Shown: positions 41,377 through 50,634, numbered from the stretch's first letter. The stretch: DNA of 64,000 bases from Candidatus Nomurabacteria bacterium (GCA_023267435.1 JAHFNH010000001.1:16253-80252), one strand, 5' to 3'. Numbers and translations are program-made. The notes: generated by a model from the sequence alone, not told the origin.

Positions 41377-41440
41377 AGTTACTTCAAACAAATAAAAAAG
41401 CCCTCACAATTTGTGAGGACTTAAAACAACTTTTGCTTTT

Positions 41441-42367
41441 TTATTTTAATGTATCATTTAATGTTTGAGAAAAATTAAATGAAACAACCATCTTCCCATC
41501 TTCAACCTCCACCTCCGAAAATACACTGGAAGAAAAATCAACCTTAAATTTTCCTTTGACTTCTTCCCAATTATCAGTGTTTAATATCTTCCAATAAGCA
41601 TCTTCACTTGAGTTGTGTTTAACCGAACAAGCAAGATATTTATCTGTACATTTTACACTCATAATAATTTCACCTTTTTCAGACAAAGAAAGGTATGATT
41701 TCGTTTCAAGATTATAGACGAAAAAATGACGATTAAAATCCGATCCGTATCTAAGTACTACATACTTTGGAGCGACAAAAAAGAAAACATTGGTTTCTTT
41801 TGCGGATCCTTCTTTTTGGAGTTTCACAGGAAGTGGAATAGTTAAAAAAGAATTTTCTGCAATAAAGTAAACCATCTTGTCAGGAGCACGGTATCCATGA
41901 TCAGGAGAAAGGAAAAGTACTTTTTCCCCGTTAAATATTTCTGTCTTTTCACATTTTTTAAAGAACCCTACACCATTCGCCTCTAGGATATGGTTTGGCA
42001 CAAAACGATCCTCGTTAAATAAGTAGGTTGCATAATGGTCATGTGAGCTTCCTTCTACTGAAAGCTGAATAAAATCTTCAGTAAGTGAAAAAATCTTTCC
42101 TTCATAAAAATCAAAGGAATTTTTACACTTTAACCATTTACCTTCTCCGCGAAGATAAACACAGAAAATATCCTTAACGGTAGTGCATTGCACAATTTTT
42201 TCAAAAACTTTTATTTCTTTAAATCCCTGAGGACTGCCATAAGGACCTTCAATAATAGGTTTTGATTCTTCAATCGAAAAATAAAGCAATTCATTAGAAT
42301 CTTTAAATAAAAGAATTCCTTGTTCCTCTTTTGAGAAAGCCAAGGTTAATACAGTTGTTGTTTCCAT
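41441..42367 (-). CDS. Hypothetical beta-rich (propeller-like) protein (cassette 1)
   Basis: 308-aa ORF; promoter TTGACT-N16-TAGTGT at 42414-42441; terminator ~41394-41421. Confidence 0.7.
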   Translation of the reverse strand: METTTVLTLAFSKEEQGILLFKDSNELLYFSIEESKPIIEGPYGSPQGFKEIKVFEKIVQCTTVKDIFCVYLRGEGKWLKCKNSFDFYEGKIFSLTEDFIQLSVEGSSHDHYATYLFNEDRFVPNHILEANGVGFFKKCEKTEIFNGEKVLFLSPDHGYRAPDKMVYFIAENSFLTIPLPVKLQKEGSAKETNVFFFVAPKYVVLRYGSDFNRHFFVYNLETKSYLSLSEKGEIIMSVKCTDKYLACSVKHNSSEDAYWKILNTDNWEEVKGKFKVDFSSSVFSEVEVEDGKMVVSFNFSQTLNDTLK

Positions 42368-42370
42368 TTT

Positions 42371-42441
42371 TATTTAGTTTTAAAAGAAGTTTATATTCCG
42401 TTTATTTATCTTCACACTACCACTTTCAGATATTTAGTCAA
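42371..42441 (-). promoter_or_regulatory. Shared promoter-leader module
   Basis: Near-identical to the module at 41306-41357. Confidence 0.85.
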
Positions 42442-42452
42442 CAAAAACAAAA

Positions 42453-42469
42453 TCCACCGATGAGGCGGA
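42453..42469. repeat. Half copy of the twin-hairpin repeat, probably serving as the rpsG terminator
   Basis: TCCACC-GATGA-GGCGGA; T-rich tail on the minus strand. Confidence 0.6.
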
Positions 42470-42490
42470 TTAGAGTTTGTATTTTTAGTA

Positions 42491-42961
42491 TTACCAAGCG
42501 AAGTGAGCGAAGGCTTTGTTGGCTTCTGCCATTTTGTGTGTGTCTTCTCTCTTCTTGATGGCAGCACCTTCGTTCTTTGAAGCTGCGATTAATTCATCAG
42601 CAAGTTTCAAATGCATTGGCTGGCCTTTTTTGGAACGAGCAGCGTCACGAATCCATCTCATAGCTAATGCAAGACGACGTTCAGGGCGAACTTCACGAGG
42701 AACCTGATAGTTTGCGCCTCCGATTCTCTTTGAACGAACTTCAGTCAATGGACCAGCGTTCTTCATTGCAAGATCGAAAATTTCCAAAGGATTAGGATTG
42801 CCTGTCTTTTCTTTTATAACATCAAAAGCTTTGTACATAACTTTTCTAGCAGTCTCTTTCTTTCCAGACCACATGGTGTAGTTAATAAACTTCTCAAGCT
42901 TTTGAGAGTTATAAACGAAATCAGGTCCTACGATATTTCTATTTTTTACTTTTCTTCGCAT
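42491..42961 (-). CDS. rpsG: 30S ribosomal protein S7
   Basis: GKKETAR, RIGGANYQVP, HKMAEANKAFAHF. Confidence 0.98.
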   Translation of the reverse strand: MRRKVKNRNIVGPDFVYNSQKLEKFINYTMWSGKKETARKVMYKAFDVIKEKTGNPNPLEIFDLAMKNAGPLTEVRSKRIGGANYQVPREVRPERRLALAMRWIRDAARSKKGQPMHLKLADELIAASKNEGAAIKKREDTHKMAEANKAFAHFAW

Positions 42962-42995
42962 TTTAAAATTTTTTAATTTATTATTTTATAACTTC

Positions 42996-43421
42996 CTATT
43001 TCTTTCCGTCTTTCTTAGGTCTCTTGTTTCCGTACAGGGAACGTCCTTGTCTTCTCTTCTCAACTCCTTGAGTATCGAGAACACCGCGAACAATGTGATA
43101 TCTTACTCCGATCAAGTCTTTCACACGTCCTCCGCGCAACATAACCACTGAGTGTTCTTGTAGATTGTGTCCTTCTCCTGGAATATAAGCTGTGACTTCC
43201 ATACCATTAGTCAAACGTACGCGAGCAATCTTTCGGAGCGCTGAGTTAGGCTTCTTTGGAGTAGTGGTAGTAACTTTCGTGCAAACTCCTCTTTTGAAAG
43301 GAGCTGGGAAATATACCGGCTTGTTTTTTAAGACATTGAATCCGCGAGCCAAGGCAACCGTCTTGGATTTTCGGCGAGTTATGATTCTACTTTTTTTAAC
43401 TAATTGATTTATTGTTGGCAT
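42996..43421 (-). CDS. rpsL: 30S ribosomal protein S12
   Basis: Start MPTINQL at 43421; [17 protein letters not shown]. Confidence 0.98.
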   Translation of the reverse strand: MPTINQLVKKSRIITRRKSKTVALARGFNVLKNKPVYFPAPFKRGVCTKVTTTTPKKPNSALRKIARVRLTNGMEVTAYIPGEGHNLQEHSVVMLRGGRVKDLIGVRYHIVRGVLDTQGVEKRRQGRSLYGNKRPKKDGKK

Positions 43422-43511
43422 ATTGTTGATTTTAAAAGAATAAAGTGAACATAGTCGCTCCATTCCTTAGTTTTCTAAATCTACTACAAGCTTTGAAAAA
43501 TTGCAAATTTC

Positions 43512-45980
43512 TTATATGTTAAATACTCTGTTTAATACTCCATGAATGATTTTGAAGTAATTTGATGTGTAAACGACGGAGTATGACGCATCATCATTTT
43601 TCTTCTCAATTTTCACATAATATGTGCCGTTTGGAACAAGCATGTAATATCTTCCCATTTCATCGGTCACCTTGTGTGCGATTTCCACATTGGTATCGAC
43701 AGAAAATACGCGAATGAAGGCAAATGACAACGGGGATCCATCTTTATCAAAGAGGCGTCCTTTGGCTTTCAATTTGAAGCTTGTTCTGCGCAAGATAAAC
43801 ATAGCGACATACAAGCCGAGCACAACCATATTGTATTTTTCAGGAGAAATGATGAACGCACCGATAGCCACAGTAAATCCGAAACCGAAGAAGAAGTTCG
43901 AAACACGAGCGATCATCAATTCTTTCTTGGAATAGAACTGGAAGAGTTTCTTTTTATTCTTAGCAAATTCATTCCAATCAAAACCGATAGGATCCAACGG
44001 AATATTTTTCACAATCACTTCCCCTTCAGTGATGTTCATATAATCTCCGAAATAAAGATCCTGATAAAATTCATCACGGAAATGTTTTGAAAGAACATCG
44101 GATGGGAAAAGATAGTTTGTCTTTCTTGGCACGACTTTATAAACTCCCGGCTTGACCAAGAATCCATATCGTCCATCGATATCAGTAATAGAAGAATCAA
44201 CTTCCACGCCTTCAAGGTTGCGCAGAGAAACATAAACCGGATCGAGTGGCTGCTTGGTAATGCTGTCGTAGACAGTTCCCCATTTGTTTACTCTCTTTCT
44301 CAATCCAAAAGCCGTCAAGAACAGAGACCAGAGACGGAAAGGAATAAGTATTAATTCTGGGAAAGCTAATGGGTTCAAGAAGAGCGCTGTCGCCAAGGAA
44401 AGTATCGAACCGACGATCACCGAGATAGTAGCTGCGATCTTAAGTCCGAGATTTAAATTTTGCACAAGTGCTGGCGGGAAGAAATTAAGAACTGGAGGTG
44501 GCAATAAACTCTGATTACATCCGGGTGCATTTGGATTTGTAGCACAATCAATCTGAGTGCTTAAAACTTGTATACAGCCTGGAAGGTTTGGGTTGGTCGT
44601 ACAGTTTACAGTGATACAACTCGGATCAGTTGGATTAGTCTCACAAAAAGGTTTCATGACACAAAGCGGGTCATTTATAGAATAGTGTATATCAAAAGGA
44701 CAAAGAGCTATAGGATTACAGATAGGATTATTTGAATTGTATGTTGGCAATCCTTGAGTACACTGACAAACAGCTGTGGTTGGATCAGTCGTACAAGAAT
44801 CATTACTCTCATCGTTTAATGATTGATCGTACACTCCGTTCGTCCAACAGCCCGGATCGTTTCGATCAACCAAGCCGTCACCGTTATTTCCATTTGAACC
44901 GTTGTCTGCTCCACCTGGAGGTGGTGGAGGAATATCTACTCCGTTGGAACCGTTGTCTATGCCGTCATTACATTGAGTCGCTGTAGCTGCACAAGGTAAG
45001 TTGCCGACATTCACAGTAATATCTTTTTCATTAGTTACAAGTCCGATTGAACCAGTAGCTTTAGCTTTAATAGAAATGGTTTGGTCTGCACTACAAGATA
45101 CTGTCTGGTACCAGGGTATTTCATAATTTCCAGTCGTTGCGTTATAAGTTCCTGAAACCCAAGCTCCATTATCAACTGAAAATTCCACAGTATCGGCTGT
45201 GCCTGATGTTACTTTGGCTTGTATTGTTAAATTAGCTAATGGCACAGGTGGAACATCGGGAGGAGTGTAGATAGCATCAGCTGATACGAAACTGTCACTA
45301 TCATGTAGATTAACAAAATCAACAACCAAGTTATTGGTTACTGGAATACACTCACTAGGATTTAAAGGATTCACCATATAACCCACAGGTGGTGCATTTG
45401 TAAATGGACTGCCTTGCATACCCTGGGCTGTTAAATTAGGACATAGATCAACTGGAGTAGGAGAAAGAACGGGACCACCACCACTAACAACAGTAGGACG
45501 CCAGCTAGTTTTAACACACTGTCCGGCTACTTTTCCAGGAGCAGAACAATCAAATTTTATCCAACCGTCATTTTGACTCCAAACATTACCATTGAATTCG
45601 CCTGTAGTCGTATCGATCGAAACACCGCCATTCGTCGGAGCAAAATTTATCCAACCAGCATTTTGACTCCAAGCATAGCCAGACAAAATTCCGTTTATAG
45701 TGTTAGACACACCGCCATTAGTTGGATTTAAATTTATCCAACCGACAACATCTCCCCAAGCATATCCGGTAATACTAGAATCTGTTATTTGAACATTACA
45801 ATTGGTACAGTTAAAATTTATTGTTCCGTTATTGGTATCTATAAATTTTGCAGTGTTATAAGTGGCATCAATGCTGCCATTATTAGCCTGCACATGAAAA
45901 GCGAAAAGAGTAAAAACCAAAATTGGTATTAAAAAATATGTTTTTCGCAAAAATTTATTCATAGTTTTAATTGATATCAT
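43512..45980 (-). CDS. Large surface/membrane protein with YAW-GWI repeats, Cys-rich repeats, TM helices and carboxypeptidase-regulatory-like domains
   Basis: GYAWGDVVGWINL / GYAWSQNAGWINF repeats; CxTNPxxPxC repeats; WGTVYDSITKQPL, TD.DGRYG. Confidence 0.75.
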   Translation of the reverse strand: MISIKTMNKFLRKTYFLIPILVFTLFAFHVQANNGSIDATYNTAKFIDTNNGTINFNCTNCNVQITDSSITGYAWGDVVGWINLNPTNGGVSNTINGILSGYAWSQNAGWINFAPTNGGVSIDTTTGEFNGNVWSQNDGWIKFDCSAPGKVAGQCVKTSWRPTVVSGGGPVLSPTPVDLCPNLTAQGMQGSPFTNAPPVGYMVNPLNPSECIPVTNNLVVDFVNLHDSDSFVSADAIYTPPDVPPVPLANLTIQAKVTSGTADTVEFSVDNGAWVSGTYNATTGNYEIPWYQTVSCSADQTISIKAKATGSIGLVTNEKDITVNVGNLPCAATATQCNDGIDNGSNGVDIPPPPPGGADNGSNGNNGDGLVDRNDPGCWTNGVYDQSLNDESNDSCTTDPTTAVCQCTQGLPTYNSNNPICNPIALCPFDIHYSINDPLCVMKPFCETNPTDPSCITVNCTTNPNLPGCIQVLSTQIDCATNPNAPGCNQSLLPPPVLNFFPPALVQNLNLGLKIAATISVIVGSILSLATALFLNPLAFPELILIPFRLWSLFLTAFGLRKRVNKWGTVYDSITKQPLDPVYVSLRNLEGVEVDSSITDIDGRYGFLVKPGVYKVVPRKTNYLFPSDVLSKHFRDEFYQDLYFGDYMNITEGEVIVKNIPLDPIGFDWNEFAKNKKKLFQFYSKKELMIARVSNFFFGFGFTVAIGAFIISPEKYNMVVLGLYVAMFILRRTSFKLKAKGRLFDKDGSPLSFAFIRVFSVDTNVEIAHKVTDEMGRYYMLVPNGTYYVKIEKKNDDASYSVVYTSNYFKIIHGVLNRVFNI

Positions 45981-46025
45981 TTTTATTTAAAAGTTTATCG
46001 TTCGCTCATTATATCACAAATAATA

Positions 46026-46643
46026 CTAAATGGGAAGACCTGTAATAATATGGTACAAAAAGGCCATGACTGGGAATAAATAATTGGAGAGAAAAACAAC
46101 AAAGATAATTAGAAAAACTAGGGAGTATTGTTCCAAAGCTCTAACTATAAAATAAAAAGATTCAGGTAAAATTTCAAAAAGTATTTTCGAACCATCGAGA
46201 GGTGGTATCGGCACAAGATTGAAGATCGCCAATGCTAAGTTTATCACAACTATCGAAGAAATAATAAAATTAAATCCGGCTGGAACATTAAAACCAACAG
46301 AGAAACGTAGTATGAGACCGAATAAAATCGCAATACAAATATTTGCGATTATGCCGGCACTGGCGACTGCTATCGTTCCCCATTTTCTATCTGTTAGATT
46401 ATCAGGATTGTATGGCACAGGCTTCGCCCAACCTACAACAAACCCAGATGAAAAATATAAAACTGCTGGCAAGATGATAGATCCGAATAAATCTAAATGT
46501 TTTAGAGGATTTAGAGTAAGACGACCGGCATTTCGCGCTGTTCTGTCACCAAAATATTCCGCCATAAAGCCATGTGAAATCTCGTGAATCACTACTGACA
46601 TGATAAGTATAGCTACATAAAAAACGGCATCGGTTGCTTGCAT
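46026..46643 (-). CDS. Site-2 protease (M50) family protein
   Basis: HEISH, GWAKPVP, NLVPIPPLDG. Confidence 0.93.
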   Translation of the reverse strand: MQATDAVFYVAILIMSVVIHEISHGFMAEYFGDRTARNAGRLTLNPLKHLDLFGSIILPAVLYFSSGFVVGWAKPVPYNPDNLTDRKWGTIAVASAGIIANICIAILFGLILRFSVGFNVPAGFNFIISSIVVINLALAIFNLVPIPPLDGSKILFEILPESFYFIVRALEQYSLVFLIIFVVFLSNYLFPVMAFLYHIITGLPI

Positions 46644-46675
46644 ATTTGTATAACTAATGATACCATAAAAAAACT

Positions 46676-46927
46676 ATGGCGAAAATATGTGCAATAACTA
46701 AAAAGGGTTCAATTATCGGAGGCGGATACTCAAATCGTACTCGTGCCACCAAATTCAACCCAACAGGCAAGAAAAGAAAGTACCCAAATCTTCAAAAGAA
46801 GAAAGTCTTTGTGCCTGAATTAAATAAATCTGTTATCATCGAAGTTTCCACTAAAGGAATGCGTACAATGAAGAAAAACGGTGTCTACCCTACATTACTA
46901 AAAGCAGGACTCGTAAAAGCAAGATAA
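46676..46927 (+). CDS. rpmB: 50S ribosomal protein L28
   Basis: MAKICAIT.K...PNLQKK...VSTKGMRT. Confidence 0.9.
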   Translation: MAKICAITKKGSIIGGGYSNRTRATKFNPTGKKRKYPNLQKKKVFVPELNKSVIIEVSTKGMRTMKKNGVYPTLLKAGLVKAR

Positions 46928-46938
46928 ATTATAAATCA

Positions 46939-46972
46939 AAAATAGCCCGCGACCTAGGTCGCGGGCTATTTT
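46939..46972. terminator. Bidirectional terminator
   Basis: aaaatagcccgcgacctaggtcgcgggctatttt perfect palindrome. Confidence 0.8.
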
Positions 46973-46980
46973 ATTGTGAA

Positions 46981-47059
46981 ATCTTGTTATATTTTTTCTG
47001 CATGAAGGGGTCCCGCCCAGTACTCTGGATGGGCGTAGTGCGAAAAAATATGACAAGAT
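46981..47059. repeat. Foldback element with 18-bp arms and GC-rich core
   Basis: atcttgttatattttttc ... gaaaaaatatgacaagat (1 mismatch). Confidence 0.65.
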
Positions 47060-47068
47060 GAAACTAAT

Positions 47069-48586
47069 TTAGAACGGAACGAAAGTCAAAGCTGTTCCCT
47101 TTTTGCCAGCACGGCCGGTTCGACCGATACGGTGCACATAAGTATCATAAGTCTGAGGGATATCGTAGTTGATGACATGAGTTACATCCGGAATATCCAG
47201 ACCTCTCGCTGCGACATCTGTCGCAATAAGAATAGTTATGAAATCTTTTTTGAATAAATCTAAAGTGCGGATTCGTTCACGACTTCTTTTGTCGCCATGA
47301 ATAGCTCCGACCTTGAATCCTAAATGAGTAAGCTCTTTTGTTAGAGTATCCACACTGTGTTTCATTTCACGGAAAATCAACACCTTGTCTGTTCCCTCTT
47401 GTTTTAAAACTTCATGCAATCTGTCGAGTCTTTCTTCTTTTGTTTTAGTACGGATAACATCTTGTTCGATATTTTTAGCTGTCTCACCAGAGACAACAGA
47501 AATAAATACAGGATCTTTCAAAAACTCAGTTGTAAGTTTTTTAATTTCAGGAGAAAGTGTCGCTGAAAAGAAAAGAGTTTGTCTTTCCTTTGGAGCTTTC
47601 GCAAGAATAAAAGTCATATCATCTTTGAATCCCATATCCAGCATTCTGTCGGCCTCATCGAGAACCACAGCGTGACATGCTGAAAGATCTACAACCTTTC
47701 GGTCGATAAGATCACGGATTCTGCCGGGAGTACCGATAATGAACGAAACTCCTCTGCGAATTTCTGAAATCTGACGCATGATTGGAAGACCTCCGACGCA
47801 AGCGACAGAAAAAATTCCTAAACCAAAAGCCATATCTTTAAAGTCAGCATCGATCTGCATTGCGAGCTCTCGTGTGGGAGCCATAATCAAAACGGTTTCT
47901 TTGACACCTGATTTTTTCTTTTTAGAAATATTTTCAATAAGAGGCAACAAGAATGCTGCGGTCTTACCGGTACCAGTGTTTGCCATTCCAAAAACATCCT
48001 TCCCTTCCATAACAGTCGGAATAGATTGATCTTGAATTGGACGAGGATTAGCAAATCCTTTTTTAGCAATATTTTTGTGAAGTTGTTCGTTGAAAGGAAA
48101 ATCAGCAAAAGTATGTTTGGCAACATAAGGTTTCTCTTCTACGTGCTGAGCTTTTTTCACGAAACGTGAATAATCTATACGCTCAGAAAAACCTCTTTTT
48201 TTACTTCCTCCTGATCGGTGTCCACCTCCTTTTCTAAAAGGACGAGAACCACTGTTAAATTTACCGCCACCAAAAGATGGACGAGCGGAACCTCCGAAAC
48301 TAGGTCTAGCACTATGAGATGAACTTCCTCCGCTTGTGCGAGCTGATCCAAAACTAGGCTTACTAGAAAAGCTACGTGGAGCTGAACTAGCCGGTCTAGC
48401 ACCGAAAGTCTTTTTGGCTCCCACCACAAAGTGAGAACCTCCTGCAGGTTTGGCAGATCTAGAGAAACTAGAAGTGTGACCAGCAGGTTTCCCGCCCCCG
48501 AATTGGCGGACAGGCTTCGCGCCGAAGCGTGAAGTAGGGCGTGCACCAGCCGAAGCCGGACGCGCGAAACTGCGTTTGTTAATCAT
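47069..48586 (-). CDS. DEAD-box RNA helicase with low-complexity N-terminus
   Basis: GTGKT, PTRELA, TPGR, DEAD, SAT, ARGLD, HRIGRTGR; likely ATG at 48586. Confidence 0.96.
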   Translation of the reverse strand: MINKRSFARPASAGARPTSRFGAKPVRQFGGGKPAGHTSSFSRSAKPAGGSHFVVGAKKTFGARPASSAPRSFSSKPSFGSARTSGGSSSHSARPSFGGSARPSFGGGKFNSGSRPFRKGGGHRSGGSKKRGFSERIDYSRFVKKAQHVEEKPYVAKHTFADFPFNEQLHKNIAKKGFANPRPIQDQSIPTVMEGKDVFGMANTGTGKTAAFLLPLIENISKKKKSGVKETVLIMAPTRELAMQIDADFKDMAFGLGIFSVACVGGLPIMRQISEIRRGVSFIIGTPGRIRDLIDRKVVDLSACHAVVLDEADRMLDMGFKDDMTFILAKAPKERQTLFFSATLSPEIKKLTTEFLKDPVFISVVSGETAKNIEQDVIRTKTKEERLDRLHEVLKQEGTDKVLIFREMKHSVDTLTKELTHLGFKVGAIHGDKRSRERIRTLDLFKKDFITILIATDVAARGLDIPDVTHVINYDIPQTYDTYVHRIGRTGRAGKKGTALTFVPF

Positions 48587-48732
48587 ATATTTTTTTGTGT
48601 CATGGATTTCAATCTCCAGACACAAAAGTCATAGATGATTTCCACAATCGTCAGTCTCGTTATTAATAGAGGGCTCGTTGGCCCAAGTGAGATTGATAAG
48701 TTAAGAATAGCATTTATATAAAACATTGTCAA
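48587..48732 (-). promoter_or_regulatory. Promoter and structured 5' leader of the DEAD-box helicase
   Basis: TTGACA-N17-TATTCT; hairpin 48593-48627; 8-bp long-range complement tcaatctc/gagattga. Confidence 0.55.
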
Positions 48733-48743
48733 ATATAAAAAAT

Positions 48744-48779
48744 AAAAGGGCCTTTGTGTTATACACAAAGGCCCTAAAA
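48744..48779 (-). terminator. Terminator of the deaminase gene
   Basis: agggcctttgtgt-tat-acacaaaggccct. Confidence 0.75.
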
Positions 48780-48796
48780 CTTTACCCTTAAAAGAA

Positions 48797-49273
48797 TTAT
48801 TTATCTTTTTCTTCTAAATAAACATTTCTTATTCCTGATTTTATCATCGCATCCCAACAGGGTTTACAACACCACCAATGACCCCATAAATATAAATCAC
48901 ACCCAGAAACATTGATTTTAGATTTCTTAGCTTTAGCCATAGCAAAACTTTCAGCGTGGTATTTATGTGAAGCACATCCTGGACAAAGCCAATACTTCTC
49001 TCCAGATGGGATTCTAAAAAATTTCCTGATACACCATCTTGGATGAGTTTCCAAAAGAAATTTATTTTTAATTGCTGATTGATTGGCTGCACTAACCACA
49101 ACATTGCCATTATTATCAACCACAACAGCTCCTGTTGAAGTTTTTTTGTCTGTGGATTGTGTTTGAGCTACTTCTTTTGCGATGAGCATGTATTTATTAT
49201 CTGCTGGAACATGTAAAATAGTTCTACCTTCAGGTAGGTAAGGATATTTAATGTTTTTTTCTGTATTTTGCAT
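48797..49273 (-). CDS. dCMP deaminase family zinc deaminase
   Basis: GAVVV, CIR....PSG..Y.LC, HAE, CCKPC...I..G. Confidence 0.85.
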   Translation of the reverse strand: MQNTEKNIKYPYLPEGRTILHVPADNKYMLIAKEVAQTQSTDKKTSTGAVVVDNNGNVVVSAANQSAIKNKFLLETHPRWCIRKFFRIPSGEKYWLCPGCASHKYHAESFAMAKAKKSKINVSGCDLYLWGHWWCCKPCWDAMIKSGIRNVYLEEKDK

Positions 49274-49302
49274 AACGTTCTAATTTTTGTATACTTTATC
49301 AC

Positions 49303-50136
49303 ATGACAACCTTCGACGCAATTTATCAAAATTTAATAAAAAAAATAGTAGAAGAAGGTATGGAAGAACTAAACAAGAGAACTGGCCATAAAACAAAAAC
49401 TTTAGTCGGTCTTACTTTTCAAATTGATCTAGAAAAAGAAGGATTCCCTATCTTAACTCTCAGAAAAAACCCAATCAAATCCCCTATTGCTGAACAAATC
49501 TGGTTTATTACAGGTGAGAGAAATACAGAATTTTTAAGAAAATATACAAAAATGTGGGACGAATTTATTGAAGAAGATGGAACAATTACTTCTGCTTATG
49601 GATATCGTTGGCGACATCATTTTGTAAGAGACCAACTTGGAAAATTAATTGAACTCTTACAAAATGATCCCAGTTCACGACATGGAGTCGTGGTAACTTG
49701 GGACCCAAAGGATGATGGTTACGGAGGGACACCAAAGAAAAATATTCCTTGTCCTTTTACTTTTACAGTAAATATTGTTGGAGAACGACTACATCTTCAC
49801 AATATAATTCGTTCAAACGACATGATGCTTGGCTGTCCATTTGATACTTTTGGATTTAGTTTATTACTATGTACTCTTGCCCAAAAATTGGGCGTAAAAC
49901 CTGGAATTTATACTCATACAATTTCAAACGCGCATATTTATGATACACACTATGCTGGTGCAGAAGAGTTAATAAAAAGAACAAATACTCATGAAAATAT
50001 CTTCCCAGTATTACCTTTAAATATTTACGATAGAGCAGAAAAAAAAGATGACACTCTAGTAGATGAAATCTACCAATCTTTTGCTCCATTTTTCAAACCA
50101 GGAGAATCAATATCTGGACTTGATATAATTAAATAA
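49303..50136 (+). CDS. thyA: Thymidylate synthase-family enzyme, Asp-type (possible dCMP C5-methyltransferase)
   Basis: RTG, AEQIWF, YGYRWR, DQL, catalytic PC150, RSND..LGCPFD181, HIY. Confidence 0.85.
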   Translation: MTTFDAIYQNLIKKIVEEGMEELNKRTGHKTKTLVGLTFQIDLEKEGFPILTLRKNPIKSPIAEQIWFITGERNTEFLRKYTKMWDEFIEEDGTITSAYGYRWRHHFVRDQLGKLIELLQNDPSSRHGVVVTWDPKDDGYGGTPKKNIPCPFTFTVNIVGERLHLHNIIRSNDMMLGCPFDTFGFSLLLCTLAQKLGVKPGIYTHTISNAHIYDTHYAGAEELIKRTNTHENIFPVLPLNIYDRAEKKDDTLVDEIYQSFAPFFKPGESISGLDIIK

Positions 50137-50139
50137 TTT

Positions 50140-50634
50140 ATGATTATTTCTCTCATCGCGGCTATTGGTAAAAATAATGAACTCGGCAAAAATAATACTT
50201 TGCTTTGGCATTTACCAGCCGATATGAAACATTTTAAAGAAATTACATCTCTGCACACAGTCATCATGGGACGCAAAACTTTTGAAAGTATAGGTAAACC
50301 ACTTCCCAATCGCCGAAATATCGTAATAACTCGTGATAAAAATTATCAAGCTGATGGTGTCGAAATTACACATTCATTTGAAGAAGCTTTGAGTTTGGTA
50401 AAAAATAAAGATGAGGAAGTTTTTATTGTTGGGGGTGCAGAAATATATAAGCAAGCATTAGAATTTGCCAATAAACTTTATATCACCCATATTGAAGCAA
50501 AAGATAAAAATGCTGATGTATTTTTCCCAGAAATTATCCCGATAGTCTTTGGTGAAGTTTCTCGCGAAGAACACGCGCCTGACGAAAAAAACCTACTACC
50601 ATATTCATTCGTAAAATACGAAAGAATATTTTAA
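50140..50634 (+). CDS. folA: Dihydrofolate reductase
   Basis: LLWHLPADMKHFK, MGRKTFESI..PLPNR.NIV, GGAEIY, DVFFP. Confidence 0.96.
   Translation: MIISLIAAIGKNNELGKNNTLLWHLPADMKHFKEITSLHTVIMGRKTFESIGKPLPNRRNIVITRDKNYQADGVEITHSFEEALSLVKNKDEEVFIVGGAEIYKQALEFANKLYITHIEAKDKNADVFFPEIIPIVFGEVSREEHAPDEKNLLPYSFVKYERIF

Noticed and set aside
38300-42470. Integron or CRISPR interpretation of the cassette array
   Set aside because: No intI or cas genes, no attC core sites, and no regularly spaced identical repeats.
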